A DNA stretch of 63,972 nucleotides, counting the filler, from Octopus bimaculoides (taxonomy: Eukaryota): NCBI RefSeq assembly GCF_001194135.2. It is 6 parts of 6 records of this genome, joined end to end, with 100 filler letters (N's around TTAATTAATTAA, not from the genome) between each part and the next. Parts side by side here need not be neighbours in the genome. Positions count along the whole stretch, not along the records: positions 38,362 to 62,696 come from NC_069000.1; positions 62,797 to 63,972 come from NW_026368935.1; 4 more parts are not named here. One strand, written 5' to 3'. The notes beneath the pieces were generated by a model, which made no database searches, was not told the DNA's origin, and saw nothing but the letters and a program-made list of their open reading frames with translations. Position numbers and translations under genes: made by a program. Positions within the stretch are counted from its first letter, which is position 1; each line of letters begins with the position of its first letter. Below, piece after piece: positions 50,673 through 63,972 of the stretch.

Positions 50673-51981
50673 CGAATGTTCTCCCGAAAGTAATGCGAAA
50701 GTGGATACAGCTTTCCTTTGATAGCATACACACAGATTTCAAATTGCACATATTAGAAGAGTAACTATTCTCATACGTAAAGTCACAAGCCATGCATGTT
50801 TGCCATTGGTGAAGCCGACTGTCGAAGAATATTTGAAAAACCATGTAAAACTACTTGTGCCCTCCTCTCCACAACCTTTTTCACCTCGTCTATTTCATCA
50901 AATCGTTGTCCTTTATCACTGTCCTTCATGGGACGGAAAAAGTGTAAGACTAAGTGTACGTGATTCTTACTGTACAGTGGACGGGGAGACCAATGACCAG
51001 CCTATTTAACCGATCGATTGGTTGTTCCTAAAGATGAGTGTGGTCTCATATTGTCATAGTAAATGCGGATCGTTTTCAGATGACTTTTTGATCTCTTCCT
51101 GTTATTGGCATCTAAGATTTTAGGGCATCTCACTTTCCCACTCGTTGTTCAAGGTGTCGGCACCTTCTGGAAAATCAAGAATGACATCTTTGTCATCTTC
51201 GCAAAAGAGTCTTTATGGCTAATATGCTGATCACTGATCACATTTTAAGGTTTGGAGAAGTATTTAATCATTCCACGGACTGAGTCTTAATTTCCAAGTT
51301 CATAAAGATACGCCAGCGTTTCATCTCCTGCGACCAAATTGGAAACAAACAACGATTCGTCTATTTTAATAAGTAAATGATATTTTCGTTTACATTCATT
51401 ATCGTAACGTTTGTTCATCGGCAAATATACTGTTTGTATAAACTGGAGATCATTTCTGAAGTGGCTTCTATGCAGATAATTGAAGTAATATAGAATGAAG
51501 CAAAACTATTCGTTCAGTATTGACATGTACAACAAAACTTCTAAGTTCAGCACATCTAAATTCTGTTTCAGGCGATTTCACTCATGAGTTACTAAAATAT
51601 ATATTAGAAATACACGCTAATTATTTCAATAGTCTACACATATCCTGTATAACAAACTGGTTTTCAGGATCTGCTTGATGTCTGTATTAAATAACCAGAA
51701 CAATAAAGATGTCATATGTAATTTCTTTCAGGAAATAGTTTAATTGTCATTTAATGTCCTCCAGACTGGAACTTGACTTTTATATATATGTAGAATCGGA
51801 AATGTCGGAGTAATAAGAATTCTAACGAACAGTTCATTTGTTAAAATATTTTGTGTCTGACTTACTGGATATAGCAGAACTTTGAAAAACGTTTTCGATC
51901 TCTCAAACACGTGAGAAAAAGAGAAGCATTTTGCGGCGATCATAAATTTTATTCAAGGGCATTAACTGCATTATTCATTCG
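50673..51981 (-). mobile_element. Ancient, heavily degraded mariner transposon
   Basis: Minus frames: NLVAGDETLAYLY, YYDNMRPHS, LHFFRPMKDSDKGQRFDEIDEVKKVV. TIR-like cgaatgttctcccgaaagtaatgc at 50673. Confidence 0.75.
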
Positions 51982-52034
51982 TCGGGTATTTATAAAAAGT
52001 CCGTGGAGCAACAACAGTCAAGTTACTAGTTCAT

Positions 52035-52230
52035 TGAGCAAAGAGTTCAGCTTCTACTGAAACCAGCTCATTGAGTTCAGCTTCCACTGAAACCGGCTCA
52101 CTGAGCAGAGTTCAGCTTCTACTGAAACCGGCTCACTGAGTTCAGCTTCCACTGAAACCGATTCACTGAGCAAAGAGTTCAGCTTCTACTGAAACTTGCT
52201 CACTGAGCAAAGAGTTCAAACCAGCTCACT
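52035..52230. repeat. Minisatellite of alternating long and short self-complementary units (37, 30, 35, 30, 37, 27 bp)
   Basis: Unit tgag(caaagag)ttcagcttc(t/c)actgaaacc(a/g)gctca(c/t). Confidence 0.95.
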
Positions 52231-53292
52231 TATTAGGATTCAAGTCGGTAATACTCATGCAAAAATATGTATATTCACAAAATTTTTCACCATAGTAAAA
52301 GGTTTCTGTTTCTACTCAAAAATAAACCTATGTTGTTAACAAGCTGAGCGATAAATTATCACCTTCACAAGGTGTATGTGTGCGGGAGGGAATAGTTATG
52401 GAAATGAAGTTAGCTAGTCGAAGGTGGATCAGTGTCAAATGAGTTAATAGGTGAATGTCTGTGAAAGTAAATTTGCATTTGAGAGGAATTATACTGGCGA
52501 AAGTGGGCAGAAGTGTTAAATGTTCCTTATACAACAGCGTTGCTGATTCAGACCTATCAACACCTTTAATTCTGTGATGCATATGGCACTGTAACATGCC
52601 TGAACATAATTACAGCAATGAGAACGTCGTTTACATACAAAGACTGCACTGAATACATGTATATATTCTCTGCTTAATCTGAATGGAACTGTTATATATT
52701 AAACTACTATATATATATGTAAATACTCGATACATTAATTTCCATTACTGTAGCCATAATGAAAGTTTCTCTTCAACTCTTGGCGCCTTTTAATAAGCAG
52801 TTTCGCTTCGATTATAGAAGTTTATTAAAATTGAGGAGTCTGAGCTTACTGCTCAAAATCAAAATACAAAATCTAAATTTTTAAAAATCTTAACAAAACC
52901 GTCTTAATATATTCTAGGCTCTAGCAATGTAATATAATTAACATTGGCATAATGCGGTTTTCTGCAAATGATACAACTACACAAGATAAAGTTACAGTAT
53001 GCTACTAAAATTAGCTGCACAAAGATGTAACACCGTTTTAGTTGTGTTCTGCACTTAATTAAACAATAATTAGAATTAGATTTACATGACATATAATATA
53101 TAGGTTGCGGAGTTAAAACAAAGCGCCTCTCTTGATACAGGGAATTTATTTTAAACTTTGCTTGTAATTTTTAGAGTGGCGGCCGGAAACACAACAGGCA
53201 GAATAATAAAATACAATAAAAAACAATTGTGCGGATATTGGAAGGAAGACTTTACTTCCGGTGATAGATGAGAATGGGAAGAATGTATATGA

Positions 53293-53330
<38 letters not shown>

Positions 53331-53859
53331 ACAGATATGTAACGACAGTGCAGGGAAACGTGTAGGGAGAGGTGCAGGAAAAGAAAAACACATATATAGA
53401 CAATTATATAGAGAGAGATACACCCAATAATACATTTGGTTACTTATTCGAAACATATGCATGATTTGTGAACGTGAACGAAAGTGATGTTTACAGAGTC
53501 GCAACATGATGTATGATCCACAGCATGAGTACATAACACAAGATTACTGCTTATATGGTATGTGTTTGGTTACATAGAGAATTTGAACCAACCCATACAC
53601 ACACACGGACACACACGCTCACACGTTCACACGCACACATTTAAAACTAGCCAATTCATTATGAATTATTTTACCTTTAAATAAACATTTATTTCTGGAC
53701 CTATGATAGTTCTTCTTAGATGCTCGGTCAGCCAGAAATAGCTACCAAATCTCACCCGAATCAACGCTTCTGTGTTTTTGTTTTAAAGGAATAACACGTT
53801 TGATAATATAGTCCTAGACATAATCTTTTCACTTTTTTTTATTTTTTAATTGTTTTAAT

Positions 53860-54235
53860 CATCTGACTGTGGCCATGATGGAGCACCACCTTGAAGAATT
53901 TTCAGCTACATGGTTCCGGGTTCAGTCCCACTGCGTGGCACCTTTGGCAAGTGTCTTCTACTATAGCCTCGAGCTGACAAAAGCCTTGTGAATGAATTTG
54001 GTAAACGGAAACTGAAAGAAGCCCGACATATGTGTGTGTGTGTCCGTGTTTGTCCCCCAACCATTGCTTGACAATCGATGTTGGTGTGTTTACCTCCCCG
54101 TAACTTAACGGCAAAAGAGACCAATAAGATAAGTACTAGGCTTACAAAGAATAAGTTCTGGGGGCGATTTGTTCGACTAAACACTTCATGGTCGTGCCCC
54201 AGTATGGCCATGGTCCAATGACTGAAATATAGTGA
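53860..54235 (+). mobile_element. SINE family A (plus) preceded by an inverted family A 3' fragment
   Basis: 53860-53905 matches the tail on minus. 53906-54235 is body and tail on plus. Confidence 0.85.
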
Positions 54236-54413
54236 TAGATAAAAGAAGAAGGATGCCTTTCGCTCCGTCTTCAATCTCAGTTCGAATTCCACCAGCGTCA
54301 ACTTTGCTTTTCTCGTCAGTGGGGCGTCAATAACAAACAAGTACATTTTATCCACTTCGTTCCAGCTCAACAACGATAACCGACCATTACGCAATTAAAT
54401 AATTTTGGATGAG

Positions 54414-54448
<35 letters not shown>

Positions 54449-54836
54449 CATATTAACAAGCAGTTAGTCATGTCTTTCATTTTGCTATTTCTGCGATACA
54501 TAGTGTACGCATTAGCGATTAATTACGACTACGGTTTTGCTAAGTGAATCATTCATGTTTAAGAAACAGCTGTTGTGAGACTTCAGTTGAATGTTGCTAA
54601 ATACACACGAACATCTGTTCATTGAAGATATTTTGTTTGGAGTCTCGTTTTGTTGGTTTTGTTTCTTCATATCTTGGCCGCTCTATCTTGAGCTTAGTCT
54701 TTGTTCTTTTGCACTCTCCTCCTGTCTTCTCCTGTCTCGTATGTCTACTTCTCTCTATTTCACTGATTCTCCGTATTATTGTTTCTCTCTATCTTCAACT
54801 GTTATCTACGTGCGTGTATATGTATGTAAGTATTTA

Positions 54837-54869
<33 letters not shown>

Positions 54870-55167
54870 ACCTGTATTTTTAACTCCAGCTTGTTTGTTT
54901 GGGACCTTCGTGTAGCGTGTATGTACGCATGTGTGTGTATATATGTATGTGTTAATACTTGTGTCAATGCGTTTAGTGTATTTTTGTGCGTATATGAATG
55001 TATGAACGTGCATATATATATATGTATATACACATACATTATATATATATATACATACATTATGTGTATATATATATGTATATATACATGCATACATTCA
55101 TACACACACACATATATACATATATACATCCATACATACACACATATATATGTATACACACATACTT

Positions 55168-55244
<77 letters not shown>

Positions 55245-55649
55245 TATGCATGTGTTAATGAATATATATGTATAAATACATATATAAGTGTGTACATGTG
55301 TATATGTATCTATAAATATTTGAACATATATATATAATATAAACATTGGTGCATCAGCATGGCCGCAGCTCTGAGCTGAAACTTTGAAATGAAAAAATAT
55401 ATGTATGTATGTATGTATGCATGTATGTATGTATGTGTGTATGTGTGTATGTATGTATGAACGAGTGGATGGATAGATGAATGGATGTTTGCATGTTTGT
55501 ATGTGTCAATCTGTTTAGTCAGTTTGTGTATATTTCTGTTTTTGAGTGTTACTCACGTGATGTTGTTTCATTCTTCTAAAGCGTTACCGTGAACGAGTGA
55601 ATGTGTGCGGGCGACGGTGTTGTTGTTGTTGTTGTTGTTGTTGTTGCTG

Positions 55650-55681
<32 letters not shown>

Positions 55682-56161
55682 GGTGGTGTGTGTGTTTATG
55701 CCTATAGATATTTATACATTGGTATTACTGAAATTGCATTTGAGGAACGAATGTGTGATTTTTGTGGAACTGAACCTGGAACCATGTGGTTGGGAAGCAA
55801 GCTTCTCACCATACAACCACGGCGCGCGTGCGCACGCACGCGTGTGTCTGTGGGTGTGTGCGTGTGCCTGTGTTTGTACCCTACGACAAGTTTGGCAACG
55901 TGTTGGCTTGTGTGCATCCCTGTAATCTAGAGGTTCAGCAAAAAGAGTCCGATAGAATAAGTACGAAGCTTAAAAATAAAGTAAAAATAAGCACCGGAGG
56001 CGTGTGTCTGCCGGGGGAGGGGTGCATTTATTCAACTAAAAATCCTTCAAGGCGGTACTCCAGTATGGCCGCAATATAATGACTAAAAACGAGTAAAAGA
56101 ATAAAAGAAAGGAATGCGGTTGTGAGAGCGAAACGTTACTGCGTATAAGTATATGAGTATT

Positions 56162-56505
56162 GGCGCAATGGCCCAGTGGTTAGGGCAGCTGACTCGCAGT
56201 CGTAGGATCACGGTTTCGATTCCCAGACTTGGCGTTGTGAGTGGTTATTGAGCGAAAGCACCTAAAGTTCCACGAGGCGCCGGAAGGGTGTGGTGGCCAC
56301 CCTGTCATCTTGTTTCTGTTGTACTTGTGTTTCAAAGGGCCAGCCTTGTCATACTCTGTGTCACGCTGAATATCCACGAGAACTGCGTTAATGGTACACG
56401 CGTCTGTGGAATGCTCAACCACTTGCACGTTAATTTCACAAGGAGGCTGTTCCGTCGATCGGATCAACTGGAACCCTCGTCGTCGTAACTGACAGAGTGC
56501 CACGA
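56162..56505 (+). mobile_element. tRNA-derived SINE family C, full length
   Basis: Head GGCGCAATGGCCCAGTGGTTAGGGCAGCTGACTCGCAGTCGTAGGATCACGGTTTCGATTCCC with A and B boxes. Non-tRNA body shared with 18842-19152. Confidence 0.9.
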
Positions 56506-57020
56506 TATATATGTACATATAAATTGTATATTAGTACATATTATATATATGTACATATATATTGTATATAGATATGTATATATATTTATATATATATAAA
56601 TGTGCCTCAAGATAAGGATATGATAATAGATATGTTTTAACTTTACGCTTTGCACATGGCTGTATGATCTGTATTTTTCCTGCTGTTTTTTCTTATCTAG
56701 TGTGGTCACGCCAGGCGAAATGTTTAGCGGTAAATTTGTGCCTAGAGTAGAAAAGATTATTTAGTGTGGTAAAAGGGAATTTGAGAGGCTTTGTGGTTTG
56801 TGGGATGGTCCTCTATGTTCATGTGCATGTCTCTATGTATGCACACTCCCATACGTGTAAGTTGGTGTGCTATTTAAGCTCAAAGTCGCATCCGTGCAAA
56901 CATGAGTGTGAGTATATGTACATGCGCGTACAAATGTGTGCATGCGAGCATGTGTTGTAAGTATGCAAATAGTTGAGAAGGAACATGTATTAAGATGAAT
57001 GTGTGGGATGCTGACACCTT

Positions 57021-57063
<43 letters not shown>

Positions 57064-57254
57064 CGTACATAAACATTTTGACAGACATAAAGTTTATTTG
57101 TATTCATGTGTATATATATTTACTGCATATGTGTGCATGCTCTTATGCATGTGGGTGTTAGTGTGTGTTGTATCATGCACTTCATGTAGGATTATATTAA
57201 AATAACTATATGTTTGACATTTATAATGTATGTTCTCTTATTCCCTGAAACGAG

Positions 57255-58665
57255 TAAAACAGAAACGTTAGTACGCCGGGCGAAATGCTTAGCGGTATTT
57301 CGTCTGCCGTTACGTTCTGAGTTCAAATTTCGCCGAGGTCGACTTTGCTTTCCATCTTTTCGGGGCCGATTAAATAAGTACCAGTTACGCACTCGCGTCG
57401 ATATAATCGACTTAATCCCTTTCTCTGTCTTTGTTTGTCACCTCTATGTTTAGCCCCTTGTGGGCAATAAAGAAACAAATACTATTCTTACAACCAAAGT
57501 GTACCTGCACGACTTGGGCCTTCATCCTCTCCGTGTCAATAAAATAAGTACCAGCTGAGTACCAAGTCAATGTAATCGACAAGCCAACACCCATTCGCCT
57601 GAAGAAGCCAGAATTTGTTATTAAGATAAAAATATTTTTCTCATTAAAGACCAATAATATTATTTATTTATATCTGTTTTTCACTTCCAGCTTCCAAGTC
57701 CAAAGCAAGTTGTGGCTTAGCGTTCCGCTGTAATAATAATTGGTGCATTGATAAAGATCTTATATGTGATAGAATTAACCATTGTGGTGATTATTCGGAC
57801 GAATCATCAGAAGGACGTGCAAAGTGTGGTAAGTAAAAGAATTAGATTCAATATTTTCTTTATAATTTATTGGTACAATTCAGTTAATATTATTATTGAT
57901 AGAGGCGGCGAGCTGGCAAAATTGTTAGCACACCTGAGACTTGGGCCTTCATCCTCTCCGTGTCAATAAAATAAGTACCAGCTGAGCTTTGGAGTCAATG
58001 TAATCGACAAGCCAACACCCATTCGCCTCTGAAATTGCTGGCTTTGTGCCAAAATTTGAAATCAGTGTTATTGTTATTGTTGCTGTTATTATAAAGACGG
58101 CGAGCTGGCAGAAACGTTAACACGCCGGGCGAAATGCTTAGCGGTATTTCGCTCGTCTATACGTTCTGAGTTCAAATTCCACCGAAGTCGACTTTGCCTT
58201 TCATCCTTTCCGGGTCGGTAAAATTAGTACCAGTTGCGTACTGGAGTCGATCTAATCGACTGGCACACTCCCCCAAAATTTCAGGCCTTGTGCCTATAGC
58301 AGAAAGGATTAATAAGAAAACGAGCTGGCAGAAGGATTAGCACGCTGCACGAAATGCTTAGCGGTATTTCGCCCGTTTTCACGTTCTTAGTTCAAATGCC
58401 ACCGTGTTTGACTTTGATTTTCAACATTTCGGAGTCGATAAAATAAGTACCAATTGAGCCCTGAGGTTGATACAATTCACTCCCTCACCCAAAAATTGCT
58501 GGCCTTGAGACAAAATTTGAAATCAATATTATTTATAATTCCAACGAGGTCGATTTTGCATCTCATCCTTTCGTGGGGTGATAAACTGAGTACCAGTTAT
58601 GTACTAGGGTCGATGTAATCGACTATCCCCTCCTCCAAACATCGGGCCTTGTGCCTATAATAGAA

Positions 58666-58670
<5 letters not shown>
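57255..58670 (+). mobile_element. Cluster of about six co-oriented SINE family B copies or fragments
   Basis: Copies at about 57255, 57500, 57903, 58097, 58320 and 58545. Confidence 0.9.
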
Positions 58671-58707
<37 letters not shown>

Positions 58708-59049
58708 GTTGTTGTTGTTGTTGTTGTTGCTTTTACTGCTGGTTTGTTGCTGAAGTACATTAAATGTTTGTCAAATCCGATCCGAGGGAACGGTAATAAA
58801 GGTGTTCCTCAAAGTCTATTAAGGAAATTCCCTAACAGACAATTTGCATTGTATAATGTGAACGTAAACTTGCAAAGAATATTTTACATCGGGACCCAAG
58901 CTAAAGAGTCTTTCATTACAATTTTCATTATTCACTTCAAGCCTATATAGTAAAGGTTGTGTGTCCTCGAATATAGATGTACTTTACGTGTTACGTACAC
59001 GAATCGTGTTTTTTTTTGTTGCTTCTTTTTTGTTTATTTNNNNNNNNNN

Positions 59050-59096
<47 letters not shown>

Positions 59097-59224
59097 TTAT
59101 ACACAGTGACAAGGCTTCAATAACACACCATATATATACGTGCATATATACGAACATACGTACATGTACAGATACATAGATATATGCATAACTCATACGT
59201 ACATATACGTACACAAACACACAG

Positions 59225-59267
<43 letters not shown>

Positions 59268-60436
59268 CACCCACCCACACAAACACATACGAGACCCTGA
59301 TGGCATTCGTGCCTATCAAATCGTTCATTTGTTAGAAAATATATATATTCTTTTATATTCTTTAGCATACGCATATAATATATACAAATATAATAAATCA
59401 TTATGCAAAAACTAATATCTCCATCACATTCATCAGTATATATATCACTTAAAAGTATCCCCCACACATATACATACATAGACCAATATATCATATATGT
59501 ACACATACACACGCAATAACATATAAATATAAATATTATATATACATATATATATATTTACACACACATACACACATATATATGTTAAGTATAAATTATA
59601 TATATTATATATCATATATAAAACGCAATATATTTATGGTGTCCGTAATTAATATTTTACGAGGTCTGTTTAATAGTTATAGCTTCTAATAACGATATTT
59701 TGTTATCAACCAGACGTATTTTAGCTGGAAAATCACTTCTCCCTAATGTACACATCCCTGCGGAAATATTCCATTTTTTCTTCTCTGAATTTTTGTTCTT
59801 TTCGTTTATATATGTTATTTATGTTTACATTGATTAATATTCATTATCTGATATAATTAGAGTAATACATAGTGTTGAAAATTTAATGAATAATTATGTA
59901 TGTATTATATGACTGTGGATGTATATATATATATATTCATAGACAAATTTGAGCGTGTATATATTTATATAAATAATTATGTACGTTTGTGTGTGACAGT
60001 GTTTCTTCGGCCTATTTAATTAATAATTTATCGATTTAATTTGTGACTCTGTAATTTTGCATCTACTCTGTATTTATAGAAAAATCTCGTAGAATCGACA
60101 ATTTCCAAATCCTTGTGTTATATTCACATTAATTGAATAATTGGGTTTTTGAAATATATACTGACGCCCACGTCTTGAAGGAATCGATTCCATTTGTTCT
60201 TGATATAGTTTACCTAATTGCTGTCGAGATACTTTGGGAGCAGACATCAGACTCCAACTCTAGATTGACAAGAGAACTCATAATAATGGTATATTTTGTT
60301 AAAGCACCGTGATCTGTCTTGATACAAGTTTAATGCTGGGAACGACGCGTTAAACTTCGTCATTCCCAATCCTTGTGTATAGCAGCCACAGTGTGTAATT
60401 GAGGACAACATACACAATTTCACGATATATATATAT

Positions 60437-60623
60437 TTGAAATAGCAGCCAAAACTTGACTCTAAAACCACATTAAAGGTTCATACAGCACCAGGAGAGA
60501 AGACAAAGAGGCAAAATGAACTAGCAAAAAAATTACTAGTTTACTTTATCTCTTTGTTTTCTCTCCTGATGCTGTATGGACATTTAATGCGGTTTTAGAG
60601 TCAAGGTTTGACTGCTATTTCAA
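60437..60623. repeat. Fold-back element: 88-bp inverted arms, 11-nt loop
   Basis: 60437-60524 versus the reverse complement of 60536-60623: gap-free, 11 mismatches by hand alignment. Confidence 0.95.
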
Positions 60624-61444
60624 GCATGGTGGTATCTCTTAGATACTCTAAATTATAATTTTTATAATTATTATTACCTTTGAGGTTTTTATTCCCATGC
60701 TGGCCACCTGATAAGATCGGTATNNNNNNNNNNNNNNNNNNNNNNNNNNNNNNNNNNNNNNNNNNNNNNNNNNNNNNNNNNNNNNNNNNNNNNNNNNNNN
60801 NNNNNNNNNNNNNNNNNNNNNNNNNNNNNNNNNNNNNNNNNNNNNNNNNNNNNNNNNNNNNNNNNNNNNNNNNNNNNNNNNNNNNNNNNNNNNNNNNNNN
60901 NNNNNNNNNNNNNNNNNNNNNNNNNNNNNNNNNNNNNNNNNNNNNNNNNNNNNNNNNNNNNNNNNNNNNNNNNNNNNNNNNNNNNNNNNNNNNNNNNNNN
61001 NNNNNNNNNNNNNNNNNNNNNNNNNNNNNNNNNNNNNNNNNNNNNNNNNNNNNNNNNNNNNNNNNNNNNNNNNNNNNNNNNNNNNNNNNNNNNNNNNNNN
61101 NNNNNNNNNNNNNNNNNNNNNNNNNNNNNNNNNNNNNNNNNNNNNNNNNNNNNNNNNNNNNNNNNNNNNNNNNNNNNNNNNNNNNNNNNNNNNNNNNNNN
61201 NNNNNNNNNNNNNNNNNNNNNNNNNNNNNNNNNNNNNNNNNNNNNNNNNNNNNNNNNNNNNNNNNNNNNNNNNNNNNNNNNNNNNNNNNNNNNNNNNNNN
61301 NNNNNNNNNNNNNNNNNNNNNNNNNNNNNNNNNNNNNNNNNNNNNNNNNNNNNNNNNNNNNNNNNNNNNNNNNNNNNNNNNNNNNNNNNNNNNNNNNNNN
61401 NNNNNNNNNNNNNNNNNNNNNNNNNNNNNNNNNNNNNNNNNNNN

Positions 61445-61600
<156 letters not shown>

Positions 61601-62492
61601 TTTTGAAGGAAAATATTCTGAATGTATAATCAATACTTTACAAACTTTCAATTGTTTTTCATTTAAAATGAAAAAAGAAAAAATACAGGGAAAATATTAA
61701 AAAAAAAAAACGCCTCGATATTTGAGATTCCATGTTTCCCTGTAGGTGTTTATGACACTAGAATTTAAACGTGATTGATATTTTTTTTCCATCATATAGG
61801 CCATTCTCAGCACTATTAAAAGAAGAAAAAAAATTGGGTGTTTCCAGGAAACAGTACAATATAATTTAGTCAAGTCAGAGGTTGGTTCTTGACCAGGACA
61901 ATGTCGTCCGCTTGTCGACATTTGAAATTTTACAAGGTATGAACAAATATCAGAAAGAAGGCTATAATGAGTGTTACCTGTTCAGAGGTGGTCATGATTT
62001 TCCGTTGAAATAAAATAGTTGAAGCAAGTAAAGTATTTCTGTAGAGCATACTAGTAGTAAGCAAAACAAAAAAAAAAATTGGATGTACCAATTTATATAT
62101 CTTGATAATTTATTTCCTGGATACTTACTTATATAAAAATCCGCTTAAAAGCAATCGAGACAGTATTAAATACAAATAGCCCTGTTGATAGACCAGTTAC
62201 TGCGATATTTGCTCTATGATAACATATCTTATGTTAAAAGCAATAAACACTGGAGGGAGGCGCTATTTATCCGTAGCAACTGGACTATCACCGGTGTATA
62301 TGCATTGAATATGATATGTAGATGGCTATTTTAATTTAATACTGTTTCAGTTGTTTCCTTTATCGTAGGCGACGAATTCGCTTTCATATCTTCAGTATGT
62401 GCAGTTATGTTAGTTGACTGAATCATTTAATATGAACAAATTTGTTAGGCGGAGATTGAAAGAATCCCGGCGTATATAAACGTGTATTTGTA

Positions 62493-62537
<45 letters not shown>

Positions 62538-62696
62538 GTGTGTGTGTGCCTTTGGTTCGACTGCACTTGGTGTTTGTAAAAAAGCATCACCGTTATGCAA
62601 ACGTGGAATATATGTCTGGCCATGGGTAGAGGACTATTACTTTACTTAGCAACAGGATAGGGTTGTCTGTAGAAAATGTCCCCGACTGTGACGCAT

Positions 62697-62796
62697 NNNN
62701 NNNNNNNNNNNNNNNNNNNNNNNNNNNNNNNNNNNNNNNNTTAATTAATTAANNNNNNNNNNNNNNNNNNNNNNNNNNNNNNNNNNNNNNNNNNNN
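62697..62796. other. Artificial scaffold join: 44 N + TTAATTAATTAA + 44 N
   Basis: Linker at 62741-62752. Confidence 0.95.
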
Positions 62797-63972
62797 AAAT
62801 TTAAATCGATTAAAATCGATTAAAACTATCGAAAATCAATTCTATTTAAAAATATAGCTAATCGTCAGATCAAAATACAATAATAATAATAATAATAAAA
62901 GAATGTATATATCAACCAACAATAAATAACAAATGAATGTATATAAAATACTTATTATATTAAGATAGAAAAATATTATTAAAAATATCAAAATTATAAA
63001 CATTTCATAAACAACCCTACGTCCATTATAATATAAGCTAACAGGAATATTATATTAAAAAAACAACTTTAACAAATTTATCATTTAAAATACAATTTGA
63101 ACAAAGTTTTAGGTTAAAATAATAAAGATAGAAGTAGCACATATCTAAACGATGCAATAGTTTAAGCTAGAAGATTTTAGACTAAAAACGTTTATTTAAA
63201 AGAAGTCTCGTGAAAATATTGCGTAAAGAAAATGAATAAAATAAATATAAAAATATGAATGAAAGATTAAACTTTATATAACTTAAGTCATAATAAAACA
63301 ATTAACGATATTGTATAATCAAAGAAATTAACGATACTGTATAATTAAAGAAATTAGTTATTTATCGCATAAAATAGAAAGAAATATTAAACAGTATTAA
63401 TGGAAAAAATTCAACCCTAATCTAATCGAAGTCTTAGTTTAGGCTAAGATGATACACTTACTACTAATTAATTTAGTGTTAAAAAAAGTTATCGACTAAA
63501 ATTATCATTAAAGATCAATTGAATAATAAAAAAATACATATTTTTTTCAAACAATGATATAAAATCATTTAACAACGTTAAAAACGATACTTATCGCTAA
63601 GCTTCTGCAGTTCAAACTAAAACTTAGACGTTAAACTCAGAACTAGAGCGTTTATTAGAAAGAGGTCGCGCGAAGATACTACGTTAAGATAGAGAATAGA
63701 ATATAGAGATACAAAAACATAAATGAAAGAATTATTTATAAAATCATGAATGAAAGATTTAAACTTTATATAACTTACATCGTAAAAAAAACAATCAGCT
63801 ATATTGTAAAACAATTTACTGAACTTTAAATTCTAAGTAATTATAAATTTCAAATAATAAGACTAAGAAACATAACTTAAATAATATATATGAAATAAGC
63901 TAAAATACTATTATCAATTTAGTTAATTAAAATATTTATATTATTAATCTTATAAAAATCGTAGTGTCATTA
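62797..63972. other. Compositionally distinct A-rich block of unknown origin
   Basis: About half A and few G in hand-counted lines, frequent CG, rare GG/CC, none of the window's SINEs. Internal repeat atgaatgaaagatt(t)aaactttatataactta at about 63256 and 63747. Confidence 0.7.

Noticed and set aside
52035-52230. CRISPR-like palindromic repeat array
   Set aside because: No unique spacers, eukaryotic context, no cas genes.
55557-55571. Minus-strand ATG AAA CAA CAT CAC followed by GTGAGT as a first coding exon
   Set aside because: Too short to distinguish from chance, and no downstream exon found.
56162-56235. tRNA-Arg-like gene
   Set aside because: The acceptor stem does not close and it continues into a SINE body also present at 18842-19152, so it is a SINE head.
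62797-63972. Bisulfite-like G-to-A conversion or fungal RIP as the cause of the A-rich block
   Set aside because: Many non-CpG G residues remain, and CA/TG dinucleotides are not clearly depleted, so neither signature fits cleanly.

Overview
Repeat-saturated animal genomic DNA, inferred to be octopus (coleoid cephalopod) from its tRNA-derived SINE families, very dense microsatellites and LINE/DNA-transposon mix. No host protein-coding gene, rRNA, true tRNA gene or CRISPR array can be supported. Almost every ORF in the supplied track is a microsatellite or N-gap artefact. The recognisable protein fragments are all decayed transposons: RTE, Tx1, Dong/R4, CR1-like and Penelope-like retroelements, plus mariner, maT-like and pogo DNA transposons. 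The window is an assembly mosaic, with five identical 100-nt joins (44 N + TTAATTAATTAA + 44 N) separating at least six pieces, so long-range adjacency is unreliable. I found no new multi-gene system. The best leads are: (1) a young Tx1-clade LINE whose junctions all abut (TATC)n microsatellites, a candidate target-specific family; (2) a CpG-decayed domain at about 1-8.2 kb versus a CpG-retaining remainder, suggesting a germline methylation boundary; (3) several long fold-back elements that would form dsRNA; (4) RTE LINEs nested in the central microsatellite of one SINE family; (5) a compositionally alien A-rich block at the end.
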